A DNA stretch of 64,000 nucleotides from Octopus vulgaris (lineage: Eukaryota). The notes beneath the pieces are model-generated. The model worked only from the letters and a program-made list of their open reading frames with translations. It did no database searches and was not told the DNA's origin. Each line of letters opens with the position of its first letter. The stretch's first letter is position 1. Made by a program: the position numbers and the translations under genes. Below are positions 25,127-40,697 of this stretch, in pieces. Where the stretch lies: positions 12,772,001 through 12,836,000 of the forward strand of contig OX597822.1 of assembly GCA_951406725.2 (NCBI GenBank). Direction: 5' to 3'.

Positions 25127-25900
25127 TATAAACATTCTATAATTATAAACGTAATAGGCGCAGGAGTGGCTGTGTGGTAAGTAGCTTGTTTACCAGCCAC
25201 ATGGTTCCGGGTTCAGTCCCACTGCGTGGCACTTTGGGCAAGTGTCTTCTACTATAGCCTCGGGCCGACCAAAGCCTTGTGAGTGGATTTGGTAGACGGA
25301 AACTGAAAGAAGCCTGTCGTATATATGTATATATATATGCGTGTGTGTGTTTGTGTGAGTTTGTTTGTCCTCCTAGCATTGCTTGACAACCGATGCTGGT
25401 GTGTTTTATGTCCCCGTTACTTAGCGGTTCGGCAAAAGAGACCGATAGAATAAGTACTGGGCTTACAAAAGAATAAGTCCCGGGGTCGAGTTGCTCGATT
25501 AAAGGCGGTGCTCCAGCATGGCCGCAGTCAAATGACTGAAACAAATAAAAGAGTAAAGAGTAAGAGTAATAATAATTAGGAGCCAGCTAATTGCTTCACC
25601 ATACACCGAATTTAGAAATAGGAGTTTAAAATTCCTTTTCTACAATCGTAAGGATCTCCCAGGCATTAACACTTTTTTACGTAGGCAAAGAGAAAAATAA
25701 TGAATCAACAGACTCTGATTAGCCACAGACGCGTTTCGAAATTAAAGCATTTAATTTACTTATTTCCCGATGCCTGCGTAAAAAAGGGTGTTACTGTCCG
25801 GGAGACTCTTGCGGTAGTAGAAAAGGAATTTTAAACTCCTATTTCTAAATTAGCTGACTCCTAATTGTAATTATGTTTATAATTATAGAATATTTGTATA
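25127..25900. repeat. Older inverted repeat (~130-bp arms); left arm interrupted by a SINE A
   Basis: 25127-25155 plus 25571-25687 are the reverse complement of ~25770-25900. The spacer holds the HHR half gaaacgcgtc on the minus strand. Confidence 0.8.
25157..25565 (+). mobile_element. SINE family A, full length and young
   Basis: ggcgcaggagtggctgtgtggtaag (box A), ggttcagtccc (box B), internal TA/TG microsatellite, tail aaatgactgaaacaaataaaagagtaaagag. Confidence 0.93.
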
Positions 25901-26002
25901 ATTTTACCAATAAAGGTTATTTTAACGTACCGATATGCTTCGTAAAATTATTAATTAATTGATTGATTAATTAATTAATAAGATTAATTAATTTTACCCT
26001 TT

Positions 26003-26114
<112 letters not shown>

Positions 26115-28195
26115 GTGCCTTTATGTGTGTATACATATGCGGAAGTGAATGTTTCAGTGGTTAAGCTGTTTCACTCATGACTTTAACATTGTGGTTTCGA
26201 TTCCTGGACAGGGTGATGCGTTGCATTTTTGACAAAAAGCTTCATTTCATATTCCTCCAGCCCACTCACCTGTCAAAATGAGTATTCCTGTGACAGACCG
26301 GCGTCTCGTCCAAGGAAGGGGAAGGATATATACCTGACAGAATCATTCTGCTAAAATTAGGAATAATTATATTGGACACAGTGTTGAAATCGCATGGACA
26401 TGGATTAATTTCAGAAAGTGTCAAAGAGAAAATTTCATCGACATCAATTCTACGTTCTGTAATGCTTTTAATAATCTAATCTCTCTAAATAATCGCCATA
26501 TTTTACCTGTTAAATTTGTAAAGACAAATTCCAGCTTTCCATCTAAAAAGTAAGAAACTAAATAGGAAGTTATCCATTATGAGACTGGCGTATTACAAAT
26601 GTAATGCTGAGAATAAGACACATAGTTTCTTTTCTACTCTACATCTAGATGGACGTGTCCATTCAATCCTAGGTGTGCAGGTAACTCGGGATATTCGAAA
26701 ATCTAAATTGTTTGTCAAAGATACAATGGTACAGCATGATCTTGCAAAGTAACGTTTCTTTTTTCTGTTACTTGTTTCACACTTCATATTGCGGCCAGGC
26801 TGGGGCACCATCTTCATCAGTTTAACCCCAGTATATATTTTTTCATCAGGGGAACTTATTCTCTCGTTCCATTTCTCCCTGTTTTGCCCAACCACTATGT
26901 TACGATGAGGTAAAGAAACCGAAACCGGTTGCCAAGCAGTGTCGGGGGACAAGTGTAAACACAAAAATTCACACGGTTAAAGGTGAAGGTTCCATTTGAT
27001 CCGATCAACGAAACAGCCGGCTTATGAAATTAACGTACATATGGCTGAGTATTCCTTAAACACACTGAGTGTGACAAGGCCGGCTCCATTGAATTACAGG
27101 TACAATACATTTTTGCCAGCTGAGTGGACTGGGGCAACGTGAAATAATGTGTCTTGCTCAAGGAAATAAAACAGCTGTGGATCGAACACCTGATACTACG
27201 GTCGGAAGCCGAATAGCCAACCACTCCCAAATCTATTTATAATGGTTTCGCCGGCCTGGGCCTATAATGAAATAGACTTCCACAAGGTGTCACGCGGTGG
27301 GACAGAACTCACTAGTATGTAACTGAAAGGCAAACTTCTTACAACACAACCGAGCAATATTTCTTTCCTCGAGCTCTTAAATACGCCATTCGTTCCACTA
27401 CTTACATATAAGCTAAACGCATTTAACCACAGAGGTAGTAACCTCTGGAAATGGCCGACCCAGACGCAATCGTATCGCCCATTTTCACTGCATTGCTTGT
27501 TACTCTGACAATATTTGCTTTTCTCTAGTTTTATTCATGTCGTACACACGAGCTTTGCATATTCAAATGAAAGCGAAGTTTCATTTCAACGCAATAAATC
27601 TTTTTATCCGATTCAATGATGATGTTGTTATCAAACTAGCAAAACAATTTAAATACACGCACAATTCAAAAAATATATTTGCGTTAAATACATAACAAAA
27701 TACTGAGTGAAGAATGGGAAATTTTGTAAACTAACAATTTTATGGATAAATTGTATTTTAATGAAAACCAATTTATAACAGTTACTGTCAAAAAAGAAGA
27801 TAAAACCATAGAGAAAGAAAATTCTATATTATAAACAAAATTATTTAAATACGCCAAAAGAAAAACTGTAATCAAAATATATAAGACAGAAATCCAAAAT
27901 ATATATATATGTATGTGTGTGTATGCGTGTATATATATATATACAAAGAGAGAGAGATTTATATACACATATATACATATATACACATATATATATATAT
28001 GTACACACACATATATATATACATATATATACATATGTATATATGTATATATAAATGTATATATACAAATGCATATAAATATATATATATGTATGTGTGT
28101 GTGTATGTATATATATATATGCATATACATATATATGCATATATTTATATCTGTATATATAAGCATCTCTCTCCGTCCCTTTATGTTGCTATGCC

Positions 28196-28301
<106 letters not shown>

Positions 28302-28371
28302 ATATATATATATATTTATGTGTATGTAAATATATACACACATATACTTATAAGCGTGTGTGCGTGAACGA

Positions 28372-28421
<50 letters not shown>

Positions 28422-28886
28422 TTCTTTTGGCTTTTGCATAATGCTAAAGGTGTAAATAAGTTACTTTCTTTTTTCAATATATATATCTATATTATATATT
28501 TGTTTTTTTTTTTATATTTTGAAAAGAAAAAAAACGAAAAAACGAAATTGTCTGTGGATAATAGCTTGGTTCGAATTGATAATAACTTTTTCTGTATATA
28601 CAATTCCACCGAGCAAAGATATGACAAGAATGAAGGAAAAAAAAAGTACAGAATGACTGGATGTACTCCACCTGAGTGTGTATCTCAATGTGAATGTGAA
28701 GGTTTTACTTTTCCCAGTTAATATGTCAATGTGTGTGTGTGTGTGTGTGAGAGAGAGAGTTTGTGTAACGTGTGTGTTATGTATACGCTGTGCTTCTTAG
28801 ATGTGTGGGTGGCTAGATTTCTATGTGTATGTGTTTTTGTGTGTGTGGGTGTATATGTGTGTATAATATATGCACATATATACATA

Positions 28887-28966
<80 letters not shown>

Positions 28967-29717
28967 TGTTGATATGTAGAGATATTTATATATGTGTATA
29001 TGTTTACGTGACCATGTATATATATATATATATATATGTCTATGTCATTTATAGTGTGTGTGTCTGTGTCTGCGTGTGTATGCGTTTTATTTAACACGAT
29101 GCATATATGTGTGTGTATGTGCCCGTATATGCCTGTCTAAATATTCCACAATTTGTGTAAGTTTTTCAATGACTCTAATAGCTCCGAGGCAGGTACAAAT
29201 GTCCTTGTTGCATGTAGAGACACTCAGTCTATATGTATATACGTCGTCTTTCTTACTTCTCTCCTTATTTCTCTTCTTTTCGTGTATTTGTTCTTGTTTT
29301 TTTCTTCCGCATCACATTGATCTCATTGTGTCTCCAGATTTTACTCCCCACCACCACCACCACCACCACCAACAGACTCACGAGTTTCGTCTCAATCTTC
29401 TGCCTCCATTCTTATTCTGAAAATCTGCCTCTGTCACTTTTTTCAGTTCCTCACTCCTTGTCCTTTTCTATCTCTCTTTCTCCCTCTCTTTCGACATTTT
29501 TCCTCTTTTAACGCGGTTCTTCAGCGTTTCCATGTATCTCCCCAATCACACGCACGCTACACATACACACACACACACACACACGTCGCAACACACACAC
29601 ACACACACACACACAGAATTGCACGCACATACAGATATTTTTCACATTCTCTCTTTCTTCTACTCACGCTCCCCATCCATCTATTTCTCTCTCTCTGTCT
29701 CTCTCTCTCTACACCTC

Positions 29718-29776
<59 letters not shown>

Positions 29777-30324
29777 ACACCTCTCTCTCTCTCTCTCTCT
29801 CTCAGATTCTCTCTGTCTCTCTCTACAAATACATCTTTCCCACATTCATTACCCCTGTCTCTCATTCTTTGCCGATGTCTCTCTCTTCCTAACCCTCTTT
29901 CTCCCTCTACTTACTCCTCTTCCCCCACACTACTCCCTCTCTCTGTTCTCACTACAAACACACTCACTCCCTATATTTCTTTCTCTGTATCGCATTCTCT
30001 CACGCTCCTACTTCTCTCCCTTCCTCCAGCTCAAACAACACACACCGTTTCTCTGTATGTCTGTCTGTCTGTCTGTCTAACTGTCTGTCTGTCTGTCTGT
30101 CTCTATTTGTATTTCACCTTTCGAATACTCACTGTTTATGAAAAGACACATGGACTTCACCCTTCTCCTTCACTCACTATCACTCTCTATCCCTCTCTTT
30201 CACATGGTTCCAGGTTCAGTCCCGTTGCGTGGCACCTCGGACAAGTGTCTTCTACAATAGACTGTGACCGACCAAAGCCTTGTGAGTGGATTTGGTAGAC
30301 GGAAACTGAAACAAGCCTGTCATC

Positions 30325-30374
<50 letters not shown>

Positions 30375-30396
30375 CATACATACATATATATATATA

Positions 30397-30594
30397 TGAC
30401 CGTCTGTGTACCGTTGGCGATTTTTTTCCTTCTGTCTTCCCTTCTCTGGATCTTTCATTCTCCTATGTTTCCGACGAAGAGCTCCGCTCGAAACGTTAAA
30501 CCCTCCTTCTTTCCTTGTTTCCTGAGCATCCAATAATACTTTATTTGTTCCATGTCCTTACGTTGTTGTGTTTTTTGTGCTTTCATGTTTGGAT

Positions 30595-30596
<2 letters not shown>
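30397..30596 (+). mobile_element. ~200-bp HHR mini-element (copy 2)
   Basis: HHR at 30467-30501: gttt-CCGACGA-a-gagc-tcc-gctc-GAAA-cgtt-aaac. (TA)n on both sides. Confidence 0.85.
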
Positions 30597-30626
<30 letters not shown>

Positions 30627-30654
30627 ATATACAGTACACAGGCGGTCATATATA

Positions 30655-30695
<41 letters not shown>

Positions 30696-30698
<3 letters not shown>

Positions 30699-31017
30699 GA
30701 CGCGTGGCTTAGTGGTTAGGGGCACTCGGCTCTTGATCATAAGGTCGTGAGTTTAATTCCCGGCGGCGCGTTGTGTCGTTGAGCAAGACACTTTATTTCA
30801 CGTTGCTCCAGTCCACTCAGCTGGCAAGAATGAATAATACCTGTAATTCGAAGGGCAAGCCTTATCACACTCTGTGCTACACTGAATCGCCCCGAGAACT
30901 ACGTTAAGGGTACACGTGTCTGTGGAATGCTCAGCCACATACACGTTAATTACACGAGCAAGCTGTTTCGTTGACCGTATCAGCTGGGCCCCTCGTCGTC
31001 TCAACCGGCGGAATGCT
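30696..31017 (+). mobile_element. SINE with C-type head and B-type tail
   Basis: Homologous to 21952-22272. Shares its 3' ~170 bp with family B. Confidence 0.85.
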
Positions 31018-31054
31018 CCTCCTCTCTCTCTGTATATATATATATAAATGTATG

Positions 31055-31126
<72 letters not shown>

Positions 31127-31141
31127 TGCATGTATATATAT

Positions 31142-31320
31142 GACCGGTTCGCGGAACACCTTCGTGACATCTTGGAACGACACACCGGTCTCTCATTTCT
31201 CCACCGGTCTCTTGTATACACAGAGGCCATATTCCCGTTTGCGCCGTGAACAGGAATTAATCTTCTCTCTTGCTCTTATACGCCATTTGGTCTCAACTCT
31301 CCGCCCCTCCTCATCTAACT
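31142..31320 (+). pseudogene. Penelope-like GIY-YIG C-terminal fragment of a second PLE subgroup
   Basis: Frameshifted pieces [20 protein letters not shown] and YTPFGLNS match the PLE 'RF.EH...E...I..L....P.GLN' signature. Starts directly after (TA)n. Confidence 0.75.
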
Positions 31321-31626
31321 CCCTCTCCCCCATCCTCAATGACCCTACTTCTTCAGTCCTTCATCCTTTCACCCCTACTCCCCTTCCCTTCTTCCCTCTT
31401 TCTCCCTCCCTCCTTCCCTCTTCCCTTCCTCTGCTCCCTCACTCCCTTCTCTCTCCCCCTCTCCCTCTTTCCTCCTTCCTCCTCCCTCTTCCTCCCCTTC
31501 CTTTCTCTCTCTCTCTCTCCCTATCTCCCCATCTCTCCTCCCTTCATTTCCTCCCCTCTTATCCCCCCCCTTCTCCTCTCTCATACTACCACACGACTTT
31601 ACACACCACATCATATATGATGTGCC

Positions 31627-31900
31627 ATACTAATACATACACCAACCCTATATACGTCCAGACCTCTATGCACTAATACTCTCTCATACACACACACACA
31701 CACACACACCCTATACATACTATACGTACTAATACATACTAATACATACTAATACATACACCAACCCTATACATACGTCCAGACCTCTCATACGCATTAA
31801 TACTCTCTCATACACACACACACACACACACACCCTTATACATACTAATACATATAATACATACACCAACCCTATACATACACACGTCCAGACCTCTCAT
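31627..31900 (+). repeat. Three ~115-bp tandem units
   Basis: The motif atacatacaccaaccctata...cgtccagacctct recurs at ~31633, 31752 and 31857. Confidence 0.85.
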
Positions 31901-31902
31901 GT

Positions 31903-31941
<39 letters not shown>

Positions 31942-31969
31942 CTCGAAACACAGAGAGAGAGCTTCCCGT

Positions 31970-32061
<92 letters not shown>

Positions 32062-32534
32062 GAGGTTGATAGGTTTAAGATACAGAATCACCCTCAAGCA
32101 ACTCAATCATCATTGAATGACATTATCCACATAGGTACATATATAATACATATATAATACAGTGAGTAATTCATTTTCGTACCACTACATTGAACTTCTC
32201 TCCCCTGTGGACTCGGAAATAGCTTCCTTAATATTAATATTAATTATTATTAATATTATATATATATTTCTGTGTATATGTTTGTGTGTCTGTTTTCCCT
32301 CGTCACCGCTTGACAACCGGTGTTGATGTGTTTATGTCCTCGTAACTTAGCGGTTCGGCAAAATACATTAATATACTAAGTACTAGGCTTTAAAAACTTA
32401 AATCGTGAGGTTAACTTGTTCGACTAAAAAACTCATTAAGGCGGCGCCCCAGCATGACCGCTGTCAATAACTGAAACAAGGAAAAGAATAAAAAAACACA
32501 CACATACACACACACGTATATATGTGTATATTCA

Positions 32535-32585
<51 letters not shown>

Positions 32586-32908
32586 GCTACCTACATACCA
32601 AGCTATCCTATTTCAATATGTACCTCTCGGTATTTCGTGCTGAGTTCAAATTTCGCCGAGGTCGACTTTGCCTTTCACCCTTTCGAGGTCGATAAATTAA
32701 GTACCAGTTGCGTACTGGGGTCAATCTAATCGACTGCACACCTCCCTAAAAATGTCGGGCCTTATGCTTGGAGTAGAAATGAATATATTCCTCTCTGTCT
32801 GTCTATTTTCGCGTCTGTCAGTCAACTACATCTGTCGACCTCTTCCTATCAATCTAAGTATTTTTCTCTCTCAAGCTCTTCTCTCTCCTGCTCTATATGT
32901 TACCTTGA

Positions 32909-32944
<36 letters not shown>

Positions 32945-32955
32945 AAGCGCACACA

Positions 32956-32996
<41 letters not shown>

Positions 32997-33165
32997 TTTC
33001 TCTCTCCTCTATTCCTCTTTCCCGTGTGTCTTCACGCTGCCTGTCTATTCTTTAACTTCCACAATATCTTTCCGGCTCCTTTTTTCTTTCTTCCATCACC
33101 GACCCTTCCAATTTATCTCTGTGTTCCGTCTTCACTCTTTCACATACACAATGTATCTCTCCCTT

Positions 33166-33201
<36 letters not shown>

Positions 33202-33282
33202 ACTCACATTCAAAACCTACCTCATTCTAACCCTCACAGTGCGTCCATGTCACTTTTTCGCCTGCAACCTTAGACACTCTCA

Positions 33283-33343
<61 letters not shown>

Positions 33344-33860
33344 ACCAGTTTACTATCTCTTTCCTTCTTAATGTCTCTACCTTTCATACTTCGTATATCA
33401 CGATATATATTTTTTTTATCCCTTTGTATCACGTGCCTACATTACTTCTCCTTCTCTCCCCATCACTGTTTGTCATCTGTCCCTTTTCTGTCACTCTTCC
33501 TTTTCGCATATTTCCTCTCCTTCCCCTCTTCCCTCTCTCTCTCTCTCTCTCTCTTTGTATATCTATACTCTTCTTTCACCGACATCACTAGCCCCTCTCT
33601 CTGTATCTGTATAGATTTTTGTCATTACTCTCTCCCTTCTCTTTATCTCTATTTCTCTCCACTTGTTTCTGCATCTCTCTCTTTTTCTCTCTTTGCCTCT
33701 TCGTATACTTTTACACTCTCGCTCTCTCGTCGCCTCATTAACATGTATTTATGTCTTTCTGTGTCTCATTTTATCTAGATCACCTCATTTTCTCCATTTT
33801 CATTTCCTCCAATATATATATATATATATATATATAGTTGAATAAAATAGAATAAAGTCG

Positions 33861-33910
<50 letters not shown>

Positions 33911-33936
33911 TTGAATAAAATATAATAAAGTCGATA

Positions 33937-33981
<45 letters not shown>

Positions 33982-34746
33982 ATTTAATAATTTAATATAT
34001 ATATATATATATATGTGTATATATATATGTATATCAATTTATATATATTTATATACATACATATATATGTGTGTGTGTGTATGTATGTATGCATACATAC
34101 TCAATGTATAATATTGTACATTTAAACACAAGAGAAAACTACCTTTAACAAGTAACTTTACACGCAAGAAGGAGCAGTCAAAACGACCAAAGCCACATTT
34201 TCTCCCCTTCCTCTCGATCTCTTTCTTTCAGTCAAAATGTTTTCTGATGATTCGCCAGACAATGCTACATCACTAGCTTTTTCTGTACGCCTATGTTCTC
34301 TTTCAAATATTTTGCCTATCTGTCTCAATGAAGGGCAGGAACAGAAAACTCGAGAAGCAAAGCAAAATGTTTTCTAGAGAAAGTGTTACATATATGATGT
34401 GAATGCAATGGACAAAACAATGAAAAGAGAAAAAGACGAAAAGAAACGAATTTACTTTGTGATGAAGAACTAGCATCTGAAACGTTAAAAATATCTCACT
34501 TTCATATCGAGATTTAAACTGATGCAATATATATTTAAACATGTGGCTTTTGCTCTTTTTCTTATTTGTCTTCATTGCTTTCGCTTATGATTATTTCATT
34601 GTTTCTTGTGCGGCAACTAATCTCATGCTGCATTTTCCCTCTTCTTTATTTTTATTTTTCTCTTCATATTTATTTCTCTTTTCCTCTTCTTTTCATTTTT
34701 TACATTTTATCATGCTCTTCTTTGAAATTTCTTCTCTATCGTTCTT

Positions 34747-34800
34747 CTGCTGAAGGTCTAACGTCCGAAAAGTCTTTATGAGCGTTAGACCAATATGTTT
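34747..34800 (+). ncRNA. Degenerate hammerhead-like motif
   Basis: CTGCTGA-a-ggtctaacg...cgttagacc-AATA. Perfect 9-bp stem II, but both core segments are mutated. Confidence 0.4.
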
Positions 34801-35117
34801 ACTTATCAATATGCATATCCCTCCGCGGTGTTGTACGTTTCTTCTTGATTTTGATCGTTAGTTTCACACCGTATATATACATATGTGTGTGTGTGTGGGG
34901 GTGCTTTCATGCACACACACTCATATATACATATGCATACACACACATAGTACACACACACACACACATATATATATAAAGGGAGAGAGAGAAGTAGAGA
35001 GGGAGAGATGATAAAATGATAGTTATCCTGGCTTTAAATGAGAACGTAAAGGACCCAAAAAGAATGATGTTAAGTTTTTTGTCCGGCGCTTTAACGAATC
35101 TGACAGCTCGCAGCCTT

Positions 35118-35172
35118 AATAATACTAATACTAATACTACTACTTTAACTAATAATAATAATAATAATAATA

Positions 35173-35229
<57 letters not shown>

Positions 35230-35238
35230 ATAATAATG

Positions 35239-35272
<34 letters not shown>

Positions 35273-35307
35273 TGATGATGATGATAATAATAATAATGAT
35301 AATAATG

Positions 35308-35349
<42 letters not shown>

Positions 35350-35382
35350 TTAATAATAATAATAATAATAATGATAATAATG

Positions 35383-35440
<58 letters not shown>

Positions 35441-36072
35441 TAATAATGATAATATAGTGATGATGGGGATGATGACGATGATGGTGATGATGATGATGTT
35501 ATTGTGTTGTTCATGATGTTGACGAATGGTGATACATAGAGTGAGAATTTGAATTTAAAAAAAAGGTAAAAATCAATCAAGATTATATCTGGTACAATTA
35601 ATCGGTCATTTAAAAGTGCGATGATGCAGGATAAGAGTTAATTAATTCAATTTCTGCGTTTGCCTGAGGGTTCGAAATAAAATGCAATGCAGTTAATTCA
35701 TTGTAGCATGAGACAGTGGGAAGGCGTTAAGAAGACCATCCACAACAAGAACAACAACGAAAACAAGGAGGGAGAGGAGAGAAGGGAAAACGCGGGCACA
35801 TTCACTCTCACTCTCTCTCTCTCTCTCTCACATGCACACATTGATACAAAAGAATAATTAGTTAAATCCAAAACAGAATTTAAATCAAAACAATCTCCGA
35901 CGTCATGCTGAAATTAATGATGAAGACGACAGCAGCAAAGGCAACGACTATGATGACGACGACTACGAGGGAAATGATTGGAGACAACCACGCCGAAGAG
36001 AACGGCGCTAATAATAATAACTAATAATAATAATAATAATAACTAATAATAATAACAAATAATAATAATAAC

Positions 36073-36120
<48 letters not shown>

Positions 36121-36172
36121 TAATAATAATAACTAATAATAATAATAATAATAACAATAATAATAATAACTG

Positions 36173-36208
<36 letters not shown>

Positions 36209-36333
36209 TTAATAATAATAATAATAATAATAACTAATAATAATAATAATAATAATAACTAATGACAATAATAATAATAATAACTAATAACAATAATAAT
36301 TATAATACTACTACTAATAATAATAGTAATAAA

Positions 36334-36374
<41 letters not shown>

Positions 36375-36472
36375 TAATAATAATAATAACTAATAATAAT
36401 AACTAATAATAATAATAGTAATAACAATAATAATAATAGTAATAACAATAATAATAACAATACTAATAATAA

Positions 36473-36533
<61 letters not shown>

Positions 36534-36546
36534 CAATAATGATAAT

Positions 36547-36598
<52 letters not shown>

Positions 36599-36612
36599 TT
36601 AACAGCAGAAAC

Positions 36613-36676
<64 letters not shown>
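35118..36676. repeat. Long (AAT)n/(ATT)n/(GAT)n microsatellite fields
   Basis: Blocks at 35118-35500 and 36010-36676. Confidence 0.97.
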
Positions 36677-36925
36677 TCTACTCTAGGCACATGGCTCAAC
36701 ATTTTTGAGGAGGGAGCCAGTGGATTACATCAACCTCATTACACAGCTGGTACTTAATGTTCTCTACTCGGAAAAGATGAAAGGCAAAGACGACCTCGGC
36801 GGAATTTGAATTTAGAACGTAAAAACAGACGAAATATCAATTTCTTTATTACCCACAAGGGGCTAAACATAGAGGGGACAAACAAGGACAGATATAGGTA
36901 GTAAGTCGATTATATGATAATGATG

Positions 36926-36959
<34 letters not shown>

Positions 36960-37147
36960 TAACAATATTAAAATGTTAGGAAACCTTGGGTTAAGGATAG
37001 CAGCTTCAGGGAAAGAGACAAGTCGATTACATCAATCCGAATGAATGCTCCATTTTTATTTCATCGACGCGGAAAGGCTGCAAAGCAAAGTCGACCTCGG
37101 TTGAATTTGAACTCAGAACGTATAGACGTGCCAGCTCGTTGTCTTAA

Positions 37148-37690
37148 TGATACTCATGGCTTCTGATCTTAACTGATACGAGGTGTTATCATGTACATTG
37201 TTTTTTCTTGGTATAAAAGATGGGCTACAGCAAATATTCTACTCAATACCACAGATTTGCTTGTCAGTTGTTTGACCTTAAACAGCTGAGCATGTCCCTT
37301 GGTGGCTGACGATATGTGCATCTCTAATCACAAGCAGAAGTAGTGGGGGAGCATCATAGCCATGTGGTGAGAGGAATTCTTTGGGGTTTGAATAATTCAC
37401 CTCTGGGAACATGGGTGTTTTGTTGAACATCCTTAAAATAAATTTTATTCAAGGACCTTTTTTTCGGGATGAGCTACTCGACTAGAAGAAAATTTTAACT
37501 GGACCCCACCTGTAAGGTCATGTGCTGTTTATCTTGATATGACATCACCGTGTCACGCAGATATGGTTGTGATGCATGTGCCTGGTGTACCTTTTTGAGA
37601 CAGGGAGTCAAATGGGTATATTCAGCTCCGTATATTTTACCCCAGGGTCACTTTGATGGAGTGCACTGCTGTCTCACTCTATAATAATAA
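37148..37690 (+). mobile_element. Possible LINE 3' UTR-type repeat ending in (TAA)n
   Basis: Complex non-coding block ending ctgtctcactct-ataataataa. A TAA end would fit Dong-type elements; no coding evidence. Confidence 0.4.
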
Positions 37691-38285
37691 TTATTATAAT
37701 TATAATGTTTTATACTATAGGCAAAAGACGTAAAATTTTGTGAAAGAGGACAAATAAATTATATCGACACTATTAGTCAACTAGTATTTCTATTACTGAC
37801 AGGGAGAGGATAAAAGACAAAATGGGCAGAATTTGAATACAGAAATTAAAGAACGTAAAAAAATGTAAGTTTTTTTGGACCGTGATATTTGTTAACATTG
37901 TGCATTTTCTTTAACATAATTCTGAAACAATACATGTGTATACGTGCGTGCATGCACGCGTGCTTACGTGCGTGCATGTATGCTATATTAAGGACTTTTA
38001 AAATATATATTGGGAAAATAGATATTGATTCCATGCACATAGACAAAAATGTTAGTAGTATCAGCTAGTAAGTTAAATGTATGTACTCCAGAAGATTGAT
38101 GTATAAAGTCAAATTCGTATTTCAACTAAGATCGTCAAAGAATTACACCAGATGCATTATATTAATGATATTAATGCATTTTATTGTCAGAATTCTTGAA
38201 ATTATTTTACCAAATTATTTGATTAGATATTGTCTATTGGAAGAAACAGGGATGCAATGTCACTGTGTATAAAATCAGTTATATG

Positions 38286-38345
<60 letters not shown>

Positions 38346-38490
38346 CACACACACACATACACACACATATATATATCTCGTGACTCGTGACCGACCAGAC
38401 CATCGGATGTTGCTACCCATCGCTAGTCACAATGCGTTCGCATTGTTTTAGCCTTCGAATGACACCACCCCGCTGGCTAAGCGAGCAGGC

Positions 38491-38836
<346 letters not shown>

Positions 38837-38845
38837 TATATATAT

Positions 38846-38937
<92 letters not shown>

Positions 38938-39378
38938 GTTTAAGTGACAGAATCACCCTCACGCTACTCAATCATCATTGAATGACATCGTCCACAATAT
39001 ATATATATATATAGGACTAAATATTAAAATTATTTTAGGTTTAACAGGGCTAGCATTGATTTCATGCGGAGAGCCAACTCTGAAAAATTATCAAGTGTGT
39101 CACACGGAAATTGCTACTCGTCTACATTTTGGATGAGAATACACGAGTCTCCACGAGACTGCACTTCGAACATTTCTGCTTTCGAGATCTGTAGTCAAGT
39201 GCACATAACATTACAGTACAATGAAAGATCTTGAGAAAAATATTCCTAACTAGACGCTGAGTAGGAAGAGTCATTCGACAGCAGACAAGACTTTCTGTGA
39301 CGCAGACATTGAAGTGCTATGATGAGCAAAACAGCCGTCAGAGATTTCTGTGAGGTGAGACCTATATTAGAATGACTA

Positions 39379-39447
<69 letters not shown>

Positions 39448-39477
39448 AAGAAGAAGAAGAAGAAGAAGAAGAAGAAG

Positions 39478-39509
<32 letters not shown>

Positions 39510-40134
39510 GTAGTAGGAGTAGTAGTAGAAGTAGCAGGAGCAGTTGCAGTGGCTTTCCTTACATGAAAAGAATATTTTAACAAAATTCACTAGATTTCAT
39601 AGAATAACAAGGTCTCCGTCGTATGCGACTCCGAGAGTTCCAGATGATACGATCAATAGAATAGCCTGCTTGTGGGAATAAAGTACCAGTGGCTGAGCAC
39701 TCCTCAGATACGCTACCCTCAATGTAGTTCCCTGGCAATTTTGGCATAACACAGGATGGGGCAAGGTTGGCCTTTTGAAATATAGTTGCAGTCATTTTTT
39801 CTAGCCAAGTGGACTGGATCAACGTGAAATAAAGTGTTTTGCTCCAGGACAGAACGCACCGCCGGCGATCGAACTCTCGGCCATACGATCACGTGCCAAA
39901 TATGCTAATCACCTAGCAACGCGCCTTCGCAGACTCGAAAGAATACAAGTCAGGGAAACGGACAAGTTCAGCCCACCTCGGATGTTTTCTTCCTTCCACG
40001 TGTCGCCTCTGATCAGTTAAGACCTCCGGGTGAACAAAAACGATAACAACAACAGCGAAAATAGCGAAAGGAAATTGATTAAAGAAATTGAAAGACAAAA
40101 GAGAAACCAAAAACAAGCCAAAAAGAAATGCCTC

Positions 40135-40183
<49 letters not shown>

Positions 40184-40606
40184 CAATAAATTAGAAAATA
40201 AATTTAAAAGTAATAAGATTTTATCCGGTGACAAACTGTCTTGTCATTGGTTGCAGATTTATTTCTCTCCTCAATATATGGCAATTACAATCCGGAAAAA
40301 GTTGAGATGATATAATAATTGAAATGCAAATAGTGTGGACAGAAAGCAATTGTGAGTCTTCACAAATGGCATATTTATTTGACATATTTAATATATTCTG
40401 TGCACCTGATGATTAAATATTGTTATTAAGTACTGGTCATCCGGCTGTTTTGTATGTGGATGTATATACACTCGCTCACACACAAACATGCACATGTAAA
40501 TCGTTTATGAATGCTTGTGTGCGTATGCGTATATATACTACGTACATACGTATGTATGCATGTATATATATATATATACATATATTTATATATGCATATA
40601 TATATG

Positions 40607-40641
<35 letters not shown>

Positions 40642-40663
40642 TATATATATATATATTTATATA

Positions 40664-40697
<34 letters not shown>

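Noticed and set aside
35016-35516. Poly-N/poly-Y 166-aa ORF
   Set aside because: A SINE E fragment running into (AAT)n.
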